Source: an uncultured bacterium (GTDB lineage Bacteria > CAYUVA01). From it: a stretch of DNA of 52,063 nucleotides. Shown here in pieces: positions 39,701-48,626 of this stretch. A program made the position numbers and the translations under genes. Position 1 is the first letter of the stretch. Each line of letters starts with the position of its first letter. The DNA lies in NCBI GenBank assembly GCA_964448115.1, contig CAYUVA010000035.1, forward strand, positions 1-52,063. Direction: 5' to 3'. The notes below the pieces were generated by a model that ran no database searches, was not told the origin of the DNA, and saw only the letters and a program-made list of their open reading frames with translations.

Positions 39701-41626
39701 CTTGCTCAATCCACCGCCCAGCGCCACGGAGGGATCTCCGAACAGGTTAAGCTGATAATAGCACCACCGATTAGCGCCGTAGTTAAGGAACGGTATGGTA
39801 TCCTCCTTGGAGTCCTGGTTAGCCCATCCAAGTTCAAGAATATCCTCGCCGAAGATGGCATCGAAGAACTGGCGATCGAAGTACTGCGAGGAGCCATTGG
39901 TGCTGCTGTGATTGCCCCATCCATACCTCGAATTTGTAACCGCCGCAAAGGCGCCATTGTCGTTTACGCAGGTGATGTGTTCCGAGGCGCAATCCACATT
40001 CTCGGTGGAGCCGTAGTCATCTCGGTTGTCAAAAGAGCCGCAGTAGCAGCCCTGGCTGTAGAAAAAGAAGTACTTGGTGTTATTCAGGGTATCTATGTCA
40101 GAGTTGTACATCCTTGCCATGTAATCGACATAAGAATGCCCCAGATGGTTGTAAACATGGGTATTGCTTTGATTAATTATGCCTTTAAGGGTCGATGCGC
40201 TCCATTCACCTGGCATATCGCGATCGTAAAGCGTCTGTACATTCCACTCGGCGGGGAAACCGACGGTGGTATATCCGTGATTACTTGAACCGTTCTTCAC
40301 CTCGTCCTTGTAGTCGCCACCGTAAGTGGGGTCATCCCAGAGCAATTCGCCGAGCATATACGCTCTCTTCAGATATGAATCATCTCCAGGAAGCGTCTCG
40401 TACCATATGGTCTTGGCAACGATATTGTGTATCTCTGCGAGGCTATCTGTGCAGAATCGCCCCACTGCCACCTCGGAGTATAGATCGACCTCGCCGCCGC
40501 CGATGCCGTCGTTCGGTTCAGCCCATCGGCTGTCATTATCGTAGTTGAAGCTGCCATCAAGGTTGGCATAGTACATATCGGCTGGAATATTGGAGTCAGA
40601 CTCGCCATAATCGGTCGAGGAATAGAAGCCACGATCCGGCACTATGACATCGCCGCTCTCTCCGCCGACATCGCTATGATCGCTATCTCCTACCAGCAGC
40701 ACGAACTCGGTATCCCAGTTTGTATAAGCATCGATGATGAAGTTACGGATCTTGGCTTGATTGTCTAAGCCTGGATAGTTGGCGTAGATCTCCTCTACTG
40801 TCTTTATGGTGGTGGAGTAGCCGCGTTGGGTCTTGTGTTGGGCAAAGTCCTGGAGAGAGTTCTGGCTTGTATCCGAGGCGAATGACTGGTTGGTTATAAT
40901 CACGAATCGATATGTGTCTTTCGCATCGCATAGGATCCCGCCTTTGGGGGGCTGGGGAACATAAGAGTCAATAAGCTGCGGATTATCGACCATCCTTTGC
41001 ACCCACTGGCGATCCCTTTGGTTGTTTCGGCATATAACGGTCGCTTCATCAGCCTTGCTGCCCTTTTTAAGTTCCAGGATAACCTGGAGATGTTCGTAGT
41101 AGTAAAGCTCGCCTGAATTCGGGACATATAAAGTAGGACTGAGTGTAAAGACCACAATGGAGTATCCACGGCAGTATTGCATGGAGACATCTCCGATAAT
41201 CTGCCTGGGATAAGGGAGATTAGATGTATATATTCGGGGGTTCGGCTCGGTGAATCGCCATTGGTCCGGCTTGCTCAGCGGAACCTGTACCTGGCCAGGA
41301 GCTAGCATGACATGGCGGGCAACGAGCTGCTTCTGCCCCGGCTCGACCCTTATGGCATGTAGATAATATCCCTGGGGTATGAGTACCTTGCCAGCCCTTA
41401 AGGGCATTGTTGGCATGCCTGGCTTACCGAAGATCTCGCAGCCTTCGATGTATGCTACCTGGAACTCAGCAGTCTTGCCATCCTGAAGTGGATAGGTCTT
41501 TGTCTTTATTATAGGATTAGCAAAATCGTACTGCACGACCAGGCTCGTATTATCAGCGATCGCTCCACCGGGGAAAAACAAGCCTACCAGGATGAAAAAA
41601 AGCATAGTGATTCTAATTATCGACAT
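36716..41626 (-). CDS. Secreted gingipain-like C25 cysteine peptidase with propeptide, FN3 and other beta domains, Pro/Thr linker and the shared C-terminal domain
   Basis: Signal peptide; GKPGMPTMP propeptide; IRNFI, VLLVGD, ADMYYANLDG, VAVGRF; catalytic NHLGHS and SQGCY; LNLFGDP; ends STLFPYLNVGD. Confidence 0.92.
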   Translation of the reverse strand: MSIIRITMLFFILVGLFFPGGAIADNTSLVVQYDFANPIIKTKTYPLQDGKTAEFQVAYIEGCEIFGKPGMPTMPLRAGKVLIPQGYYLHAIRVEPGQKQLVARHVMLAPGQVQVPLSKPDQWRFTEPNPRIYTSNLPYPRQIIGDVSMQYCRGYSIVVFTLSPTLYVPNSGELYYYEHLQVILELKKGSKADEATVICRNNQRDRQWVQRMVDNPQLIDSYVPQPPKGGILCDAKDTYRFVIITNQSFASDTSQNSLQDFAQHKTQRGYSTTIKTVEEIYANYPGLDNQAKIRNFIIDAYTNWDTEFVLLVGDSDHSDVGGESGDVIVPDRGFYSSTDYGESDSNIPADMYYANLDGSFNYDNDSRWAEPNDGIGGGEVDLYSEVAVGRFCTDSLAEIHNIVAKTIWYETLPGDDSYLKRAYMLGELLWDDPTYGGDYKDEVKNGSSNHGYTTVGFPAEWNVQTLYDRDMPGEWSASTLKGIINQSNTHVYNHLGHSYVDYMARMYNSDIDTLNNTKYFFFYSQGCYCGSFDNRDDYGSTENVDCASEHITCVNDNGAFAAVTNSRYGWGNHSSTNGSSQYFDRQFFDAIFGEDILELGWANQDSKEDTIPFLNYGANRWCYYQLNLFGDPSVALGGGLSKDGIISMDKSIYAPGSSMAITVIDRDLNQYPGQIDTVDITVTSDAGDNETVTCHETGFGTATLVGNIQIADTSVQPGDGILQAAHGDKLTADYLDEDDGRGGINVHKFAYAYLDAQQPIISNVNVSAVSYNKATITWTTDEPSNSKVYYGTTHQLGHSVQSGFLTTDHSITIPNLDGCTKYYFSVSSTDFAGNEAIDDNQGDHFNFTTWLQSVLMQANMDSDPDWTVVGGSGFMKWAYGDPTGQRGSGQNPDPDNGYTGTNVYGYNLQGNYPNNMGQEKLTTRAIDCSGKTGLRVGFWRWLGVEESIYDHAYFKISTNGFAWTTLWENSETLSDSQWLYQEFDISSIADNKPTVFLQWVMGTSDGGLTFCGWNIDDVKVFHSSPCDVPFLHFEGYEINDSGGNENGKADRSEQIELSVTLSNSGADAQAVSATLSTQSEYITITNGEADFGDIPGGQAGSTQPPHFALTVADDTPNLHQASFRLNWQSGEESGLFDFEITVYSPQLELLSFTLNDSSQGNGNGIMEAGEEATLSIVLHNEGSDLQGISGVLQTCDQFITITDDTANFGPADYGQNSHSIAPHFSLSASEQTPDGHICAFSLNWTSDMGSATIEPIYLTVGDMGSVLLVNDGSSSFDDLYQMLQDLRYEIAVQNTEDGVNLTDETYDLVIWSSSDNSNPIDLDAHRQQLIAYVNSGGKLVIEGGEVASAHDTEHQLFSQVVLRTDSSTGSPKGDLHIFDNTHVLARVPHQLPSYIPLVYSSQSDSDDIIKAGIAQGIFGWSDADNYSLIISDNDGDMYNGGTFAFLSANYMKLDENYRRKVAVNILSWIGGAGGEPPTPTPTPTRTPTTTFTPTPTDTSVITYTPTATDTPAITSTPTSTPTQPPQGDPPMVFLGGYATTSLHSDSGGTLQILAYVSDPQGIFDIQRVELCYQGLPTGIWLSDTGANGDGVAGDGLYGYVLNLDAGLPQTSILLEVKAFDRRDNSSTLFPYLNVGD

Positions 41627-41870
41627 AAATATTCCTTTCCAGTTAAAGGTTAATCAACTTCAAGGTAGATTGACGATTTGAGGGAGCTTGTCTGCTACGG
41701 TTCTCAATAACTTTGTATATGAGCGCTTTCATCTTGGATGAATTACCATCTTTTAGTTTAGCACAGATTAATCCTTTTGACCATTGAATTGGATAAAAAA
41801 CTTGTATCTCAGACAAATCAACTAATAAAGTAGAGACAAATGGCTACATCACCTATAATCTTAATAGACC

Positions 41871-43274
41871 ATGGAAGCGCTGAGTGTTTTGTTAATAAAG
41901 CCTTACCAGCCGACCGTTCACTGCTCGGTTGCGCCACCGTTAGGCATCCTTTCCTTAGCAGCCTACCTGAGAGAATATGCTGAGTTTCCCGTTCATGTCA
42001 GGCTGTTGGACATGAGAGTCCACAAAGGGGGATCATCGGCTATGACCGCGATGCTCAATGAATTTCAACCCGATATCGTAGGTATAAGCTGCCTTACCTA
42101 TGAGCATAGAGCGATGCTGGATATAGCCGCTCTAGTCAAAGCTCGTTGCCCCGAGTTACTCCTAGTAGTCGGAGGCGCCCATGCAACCGTGTATTATAAC
42201 GAGCTAATCAACCTCAGCGATATCGATGCTGTAGTAATCGGTGAAGGTGAAGGCTCATTTTTAGAGCTATGTAGTCGCTATTTTAATAAAGAGCCTATAG
42301 AAGATATAAAGGGCGTGGTAACCAAGGGCAACCTTGTGCCCGGCGCTGCGCAGTATTCACCTGTAATAGAGAATCTTGATGAGCTGCCCATGCCCGCCTA
42401 TGACCTTGTCGACCTTGAGGCTTATGCCAGGCTTCCCAATATGAATACACTGCTCAAGAAGCCACCCTACTCGGTGTTGCAGACCTCGCGTGGATGTCCC
42501 TACCGGTGCATCTATTGCCACAACATATTCGGCAGAAGATATCGCCGAAGAAGCGATGATGCGATCATAGAAGAGATGAGGACGCTTAAAAATCGCTACC
42601 GCATTCGGGAGATCCAGTTGATTGATGACCTGTTTCCGATGGATCTAGCTAAAAGCAAGCGCTTGATGGAGAGCATAATAAATACTAACCTCGGTTTATT
42701 TTTATCGTTTCCCAACGGATTGCGCGCTGACAGGCTTGATGTCGAACTATTAGAGCTTATAATCAGAGCAGGTACCTATTCAGCAGCCTTCGCTATCGAG
42801 TCTGTGTCAACCAGGATTCAGAAGCTAACCCGCAAACATCTCGATGTCGATAAAGCAAAACAAGCCATTGAACAGGCTGATAGGCTTGGTATCATCTGCA
42901 AGGGCTTCTTCATGTTCGGCATTCCAGGTGAGACTGATGAAGAAAGGCAAGCGACCATCGATTATGCGGTCGATTCACCGTTATTGCTGGCTGGTATGTA
43001 TATCTTAAACGCCCACAAAGGAAGCGAGGTCTATGATATGATCCACAAGCAGCGGGGCTTTGAGCCAAAGATTAACTTCCAGCAGCAGGATTATTACAAG
43101 GCAAAAGCCTATCATCCCAATGGTCAGCTTTTACAGCAGGTGCGAAGGGGCATCTATAGGTTCTATACCAAGCCCTCAAGGATCGCTCGCCTCGCTCGAC
43201 GCATTCCCAAGAGGGCATACCTATTAAGAGCATTCAAGGGTTTCCTGGAATTGACAGGAGGCTACCGGTTATGA
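41871..43274 (+). CDS. Cobalamin-binding radical SAM protein
   Basis: PPLGILSLAAYL, VGGAHAT, GEGEGS, TSRGCPYRCIYC, IDDLF, AIES. Confidence 0.92.
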   Translation: MEALSVLLIKPYQPTVHCSVAPPLGILSLAAYLREYAEFPVHVRLLDMRVHKGGSSAMTAMLNEFQPDIVGISCLTYEHRAMLDIAALVKARCPELLLVVGGAHATVYYNELINLSDIDAVVIGEGEGSFLELCSRYFNKEPIEDIKGVVTKGNLVPGAAQYSPVIENLDELPMPAYDLVDLEAYARLPNMNTLLKKPPYSVLQTSRGCPYRCIYCHNIFGRRYRRRSDDAIIEEMRTLKNRYRIREIQLIDDLFPMDLAKSKRLMESIINTNLGLFLSFPNGLRADRLDVELLELIIRAGTYSAAFAIESVSTRIQKLTRKHLDVDKAKQAIEQADRLGIICKGFFMFGIPGETDEERQATIDYAVDSPLLLAGMYILNAHKGSEVYDMIHKQRGFEPKINFQQQDYYKAKAYHPNGQLLQQVRRGIYRFYTKPSRIARLARRIPKRAYLLRAFKGFLELTGGYRL

Positions 43275-44764
43275 GCAAAGCTCGCAGGATATCCGCTTAT
43301 ATCGGATTGGTTGTATTGTTCGCCATCGCCATGTTTAATAGGATTCCATATCTCTCCAAGTACCTTTATCACTGGGACTGCTGCATCTACGAGTATGGCT
43401 GCAAGGATTACAATGTAGCGCTTCATCAACCTCATCCCCCAGGATATTTTCTTTATATTGCGCTGGCAAAGCTATTGCAGCCCTTTTTGTACTTCGAGCA
43501 CCAGTGCTTGCTGTACCTGGGAGTGATCTTCTGTGGATTCTCGGTGATAGGGTTGTTTTTCCTGTTTTGGGAGATGGAATCCTTGATATTCGGGTATCTG
43601 GGAGCTGTTTTGCTGATCACATCTCCGTTGGTCTGGTTCAACTCAGAGGTTGCATTTCCGTATATCGTGGAGCTGCCGTTCATCCTTTGGTTCTTGCATA
43701 CAAGTCATCGTATGCTCCGGGGCAGATCGATAAATCCCTGGCTGCTGGGGGCAAGCCTTGGGTTAGCTGCTGGAGTGCGACAGACCGCCATATTATTCAT
43801 GGCGCCGATGCTGGTTTACACGTTGATCAAGTTGGATAATAGGCGTAGGCTACGAGCTATTGCTTCGCTGGTGGCAGTATGCCTGGCTTGGTTTATCCCA
43901 ATGGTTGCTTTATCTGGAGGTTTCTTGGATTACCTTTACTCACTTGGCGAGCAAAGCGATTTCGTGTGGAGCAGCACATCGCTTTTCTTTGCCGGCTGGA
44001 GGGGAATAACCGAGAATATGGCTATTTTGCTTCAATCATTCTATGGTGTGTCTGGATACTTGGTTATCCTGTCGTGCATCGAGCTTGCCATAATGCTCTT
44101 TAAGCGCAGCAAATACAGGGATACCCTTAGATTCATTGGGCTATGGGTCAGCTTGCCGCTGTTTTGGTTTCTGTTCGTCCATATCAACAAGCCCGGTTAC
44201 CTGCTCATCGTCGCCCCAGCGGTACTATATCTTGGTATGCGTTTTATTCTTCGCGTAGCCAGGATCTTCTCCGATGATCGCATCTTTTGCGGTGCTTTTA
44301 TGACCATAGCGGTCTTATTTACCTCGTACTTGAATGTAGATAGCTTCCTGAACTCCAGGTCCATGCTGAGCCGCTACGAGATAAATAAGGCGAATGCAAC
44401 GGTGAGGCGCTTCTGCGACATGGTGTTGGAGCGCTACAGCGAGGATGAGACAATAATACTGGGCAGGGGATCTTATGGTTTGAGCTGGATGCATGCAAGG
44501 GCATATCTACCGGCATATAGATCCATGCCACTTACACCACAGGTTACGAGAAAGGGCAAGATATACAAGTATGCTCAGGGCGGAAAGGTATATTACCAGG
44601 ACAAGTTCAGGATACCTGAGGGGATCAAGCATGCCGTGCTTCTCACCCCTGCAAAGCAGCCGCTAAGGACCTTCGAGGAGTACTTCGACCCGGCTACCAT
44701 AGCCCCCCGCAAGGGCTTGTATGTCATAGATGATCCTATTAATGCCTTAAGAAAGATACCTTGA
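43271..44764 (+). CDS. GT-C fold membrane glycosyltransferase (DUF2723/PMT-like)
   Basis: WDCCIY...HQPHPPGYFLY first loop, SPLVWFNSEV, GVRQ; multi-TM; ATGA-coupled to the rSAM gene. Confidence 0.75.
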   Translation: MSKARRISAYIGLVVLFAIAMFNRIPYLSKYLYHWDCCIYEYGCKDYNVALHQPHPPGYFLYIALAKLLQPFLYFEHQCLLYLGVIFCGFSVIGLFFLFWEMESLIFGYLGAVLLITSPLVWFNSEVAFPYIVELPFILWFLHTSHRMLRGRSINPWLLGASLGLAAGVRQTAILFMAPMLVYTLIKLDNRRRLRAIASLVAVCLAWFIPMVALSGGFLDYLYSLGEQSDFVWSSTSLFFAGWRGITENMAILLQSFYGVSGYLVILSCIELAIMLFKRSKYRDTLRFIGLWVSLPLFWFLFVHINKPGYLLIVAPAVLYLGMRFILRVARIFSDDRIFCGAFMTIAVLFTSYLNVDSFLNSRSMLSRYEINKANATVRRFCDMVLERYSEDETIILGRGSYGLSWMHARAYLPAYRSMPLTPQVTRKGKIYKYAQGGKVYYQDKFRIPEGIKHAVLLTPAKQPLRTFEEYFDPATIAPRKGLYVIDDPINALRKIP

Positions 44765-44770
44765 TACCTC

Positions 44771-45907
44771 ATGCGTGTTTTACATATAAACTCCAAGGGT
44801 TACGGAGGCGGAGGAGCTATCCAAGCTCTGCAGCTTGCTCATGCATTGAAGGAGAGGGGGATTGAGGTTTGGTTTGCCAGTAAGCCGAACCAGGGCTGGG
44901 AAGAGATAACCGGGAAGCTTGGCTTGGAGTTCGTCCCTCTACCGCTAAGAGGGCATCTTGACCTGACCTCGGTTCGATTGCTCAACCGAACTCTACGCTT
45001 GAATAAAGTAGATATCCTGCACATACAAAAGGGAGTGGAGCACAGCATCGGCTTGGCGGTTGCGTACTTGAATCCCAAGGTCGGATTTATAGCCACTCGA
45101 GGGGTTACCTTTGCCTTGGATTATTTCAATAAGTGGAAGTTCAAGGTAGGAAGACTCGATGCCATAATCGCCAATGCGAGACATGTAAAGGATGTACTGG
45201 TCGCCAGCGGTGTGCCCCCGGACAAGATAAGGATCATCTACGGCGGTGTTGATCTAAGCCGCTTCGATAGGCGATTATGCGATGCTAGGCAGGTTCGTTT
45301 GGAGCTTGGCATACCCTCGGATGCCTATCTTATCGGATACATAGCCCAATTAAGGCGCTGGAAGGATCACGAGACATTGCTTCGGGCAGTTGCCAGCCTG
45401 AATGAAGCCAGGCTCAAGCCCTACATTGCATTCATCGGCGCTGATAACGAGGGTTTGAGCGAGGAGCTTAGCGGTAAAGCAACTAGATTTGGCATTGAAA
45501 AGCAAAGGCTGCTCATGACCGGCTATCGACCGGATGTGCCCCGAATGATCTCAGCGCTTGACCTTAGCGTCAACTGCTCCTATGAAGGGGAGGGGATTAC
45601 CGGCGCCCTAAGAGAGTCCTTGGCAATGGGGTGCCCGGTGGTGGCGACCGATATCGGCGGCAACCGCGAGCTTATCGAGCACCGGGTTAGCGGATTGCTG
45701 GTGCCAGCAAGGGATGTCTGCGCTCTGGCTGAGGCGATCAAGTGGATGATGGAAAATAAGGATGCCGCCGCCATGACCGCCAAAGCTGGCATGATGAGGG
45801 TTAGACAGCTTTTCTCCGTAGATGCACAGGTTTCCAAGGTCATGGCGCTCTACCAGGAGATTCTAATTTCGAGACAAGGGTGCGTACAGGGGAAAAATAA
45901 TATATGA
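44771..45907 (+). CDS. GT4 glycosyltransferase
   Basis: GYGGGA, IYGGVD, WKDHETL, EGITGALRESLAMGCPVVATDIGG. Confidence 0.92.
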   Translation: MRVLHINSKGYGGGGAIQALQLAHALKERGIEVWFASKPNQGWEEITGKLGLEFVPLPLRGHLDLTSVRLLNRTLRLNKVDILHIQKGVEHSIGLAVAYLNPKVGFIATRGVTFALDYFNKWKFKVGRLDAIIANARHVKDVLVASGVPPDKIRIIYGGVDLSRFDRRLCDARQVRLELGIPSDAYLIGYIAQLRRWKDHETLLRAVASLNEARLKPYIAFIGADNEGLSEELSGKATRFGIEKQRLLMTGYRPDVPRMISALDLSVNCSYEGEGITGALRESLAMGCPVVATDIGGNRELIEHRVSGLLVPARDVCALAEAIKWMMENKDAAAMTAKAGMMRVRQLFSVDAQVSKVMALYQEILISRQGCVQGKNNI

Positions 45908-45937
45908 TCATAGTCATAGTATGAAAGGGGATAGGAA

Positions 45938-46516
45938 ATGAGATTACGATATGGTCTCATACCAGGCATCCTGGTTATACTGCTCCTTGCCTATCAAGCC
46001 TCGTGGGGCAAGAGCCAGGCAAAGGACGAAAAAACAGGGGAATGTTCGTACCTGGAGGCTACCATCAATGGAGTGCCCTATCGATTCCCCAAGGGCGATG
46101 CGCTGCTTACAGTTGTGCCCAAGGTGGCTAGTTTGGGCGGATTCACCATCTACGAGGTAAAGGCTGCTGCTGGCTATGACAAGCGCGATTTCGCAAAAGA
46201 GCCTACTAGGTTATACAAAAATACTAAGCATCCACGCTTTCATCTTGTTTTCAGCATCACCAGCAACGATACCCTACCTAGAGATATTCAAATAAGGGGC
46301 TTCAACGACCGGCTAAGCTTCGTACCCCAAGGGGAAACCGAACCATACCAGGCTTTTATCCAAGGTTACGAGGATGCGAAGGGATTTATCAGGGTAGAGC
46401 GGATCGATTCCACCACTATTCGAGGGAGCTTCCACGGCTTGCTGGTGCAGACAAAAAAGGACAAGCTGAACAAGGTTAAGGTCGAGGATGGGAAGTTTTG
46501 CTTCAGGCTCAAGTAG
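45938..46516 (+). CDS. Hypothetical exported protein
   Basis: Signal peptide-like N-terminus, RBS, in operon orientation; beta-rich C-terminus IRGSFHG...VEDGKF. Confidence 0.7.
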   Translation: MRLRYGLIPGILVILLLAYQASWGKSQAKDEKTGECSYLEATINGVPYRFPKGDALLTVVPKVASLGGFTIYEVKAAAGYDKRDFAKEPTRLYKNTKHPRFHLVFSITSNDTLPRDIQIRGFNDRLSFVPQGETEPYQAFIQGYEDAKGFIRVERIDSTTIRGSFHGLLVQTKKDKLNKVKVEDGKFCFRLK

Positions 46517-46544
46517 CGATTAAAACCTAAAAAGAGAACCACCG

Positions 46545-46967
46545 ATGAAGAAGCTTGAAGTCTGGTTCGATGGAGCAAGTCGCGGCAACCCGGGTGCTGC
46601 CGGAGCCGGCGTGGTCATTAAGGATGACCAGGGAAGAATAGTGAGGGAGATCTATAAATATTTAGGAAAAAAGACCAATAACATTGCCGAATATTCTGGT
46701 CTGTACATCGGGCTTCTTGAGGCGAGCCGATTGGGAGCCACACACCTTGATATCTACTCCGACTCGCAATTAGTCATCTCTCAAATGAAGGGAGCCTGGA
46801 AGGTGCGTAATCCTAAGATAGGGGACGCTTACGCAGCTTGCCGGGGGCTTGTCCATCGCTTTGAGCAGGTCAGCTTCCACCATGTACCCAGAGCAGAAAA
46901 CAGCCGCGCGGATCGACTCGCAAACATGGCGCTGGATAAACATTACAGCGAACAAGAAAAGGGCTAG
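46545..46967 (+). CDS. rnhA: Ribonuclease HI family protein
   Basis: FDGASRGNPG, TNNIAEY, SDSQLV, HVPRAENSRADRLAN. Confidence 0.93.
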   Translation: MKKLEVWFDGASRGNPGAAGAGVVIKDDQGRIVREIYKYLGKKTNNIAEYSGLYIGLLEASRLGATHLDIYSDSQLVISQMKGAWKVRNPKIGDAYAACRGLVHRFEQVSFHHVPRAENSRADRLANMALDKHYSEQEKG

Positions 46968-46973
46968 TAAATT

Positions 46974-48626
46974 ATGGGCAAGGATCAAGGCATAGAGGTA
47001 ATCCTCACCGTCTCGGAGCTTGTATCCCGCATCAAGGGAACACTGGAGGAGAATATGGGTAACCTCTGGGTGCAAGGTGAGATCTCGAACCTGGTCAAGG
47101 CATCATCCGGGCACTGCTACATGGTACTCAAGGATTCCAGCGCGCAGCTCCGGGCGGTGATGTGGCGCTATATTGCTAAAAGTCTTTCCTTTGAGCCAAA
47201 GGATGGCGATGAGGTTCTCGCTTACGGGCAGGTAACCGTCTATCAGCCGCGCGGGGAGCTACAGATGGTCATCTCCAGGATGATGCCAAGGGGTATCGGT
47301 GAGCTTCAGCTTGCATTTCAGGCTCTCAAGGAAAAGCTCCAGAAGGAGGGCTTATTTGCTGCCGAACATAAGAAGCCGCTGCCCGCTATGCCCAAGAAAA
47401 TAGGCATTGTAACCTCGCCGACCGGCGCTGCTATTCGGGATATGATACGCAATCTAACCAACCGCTTCCCTAATATCCAGGTCCTCATCTATCCGGTCAT
47501 GGTGCAGGGAGAAGGGGCTGCCCAGCAGATTGCCGCTGCCATAGAGCATCTAAATAAGAGAAACGATATAGACCTGATCATCGTCGGTCGCGGTGGTGGC
47601 TCCATCGAGGATCTATGGGCTTTCAACGAGGAAGCGGTGGCACGGGCTATCTTTGCCTCACAGATACCAATAATCTCGGCGGTAGGGCACGAGACCGATT
47701 TCACCATCGCCGACTTTGTGGCTGATGTGCGGGCTGCCACCCCCACCGAGGCTGCCGTGCTGGCAGTGCCTGATAAAAGGGATAAACTGGAGGCGCTCAG
47801 ATCACTAAGACTCCGCTTGATCAACCATGTACAGAATAGATTGCAGCTATACTCGGAGACCTTGGGTAAGAGATTGACCAGGAACCTTATTTCAGCGGTT
47901 ACTCGGCTAATCAACCAGGGCATCCAAGGGATAGATAACCTCGATTATCGGCTCCGCTCGTTGATCGTCTCCGACATCAAGTTGAAACGCAATCTGCTAT
48001 ACAGCAGAAGCACGCAGATAGCTGATTTCCATCCCGCTCAAGTGATATCGAGCCAGCACGAGCAGGTATCCAGGCTAACCAATCGCATGGTAAATCTCAG
48101 CACCTGGCGGCTGCATAAGCTCAAGATGCTCATCGGCGCTCAACTGAAGCCGAACCTCAGGCAACTGGGACAGAAGGCGATCCTGGAGATGAAGGGCAGG
48201 GTATCGCTTGCCGATAACAAACTTCGCTACCTGACCAGATCGCTACTAAAGGAGCGACTTACTAAGAACAGGCAGTTATTAAGGTATTTATACAGTCTCG
48301 CACCCTCGAAGTACTTTTCACAAAGGCGCAAGGGGATCAGGGAGCTTGAAAATCGTCTCAAGCGAACAACGAGGGGTTATTTGGCTAACAAGCAGGAGCT
48401 AATCCGCTCTAAAGCACAGTTGATATATAATCTTGGACCGGGAGTATTATTTGCCAAGGGGTATGCAATACTGAGACGAAAGGGGGAGACGACACCGATT
48501 ACCGATCCTGAAAGCCTACAGCTCGAGGATACAGTGGAAGCGCTGGTTAACAAGGGGTATGTGGAGGCGACCGTTACTGGCAAAAAGCGCGTGAGGTTGT
48601 TTCTTGAACCTCCTAAAAAGGAGTGA
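46974..48626 (+). CDS. xseA: Exodeoxyribonuclease VII large subunit, with extended helical region
   Basis: WVQGEISN, SGHCY, VTSPTGAAIRD, GRGGGSIEDLWAFN, SAVGHETD, AATPT. Confidence 0.95.
   Translation: MGKDQGIEVILTVSELVSRIKGTLEENMGNLWVQGEISNLVKASSGHCYMVLKDSSAQLRAVMWRYIAKSLSFEPKDGDEVLAYGQVTVYQPRGELQMVISRMMPRGIGELQLAFQALKEKLQKEGLFAAEHKKPLPAMPKKIGIVTSPTGAAIRDMIRNLTNRFPNIQVLIYPVMVQGEGAAQQIAAAIEHLNKRNDIDLIIVGRGGGSIEDLWAFNEEAVARAIFASQIPIISAVGHETDFTIADFVADVRAATPTEAAVLAVPDKRDKLEALRSLRLRLINHVQNRLQLYSETLGKRLTRNLISAVTRLINQGIQGIDNLDYRLRSLIVSDIKLKRNLLYSRSTQIADFHPAQVISSQHEQVSRLTNRMVNLSTWRLHKLKMLIGAQLKPNLRQLGQKAILEMKGRVSLADNKLRYLTRSLLKERLTKNRQLLRYLYSLAPSKYFSQRRKGIRELENRLKRTTRGYLANKQELIRSKAQLIYNLGPGVLFAKGYAILRRKGETTPITDPESLQLEDTVEALVNKGYVEATVTGKKRVRLFLEPPKKE

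Noticed and set aside
39200-40288. 362-aa plus-strand ORF
   Set aside because: Antisense shadow of the C25 peptidase with no recognisable motifs.
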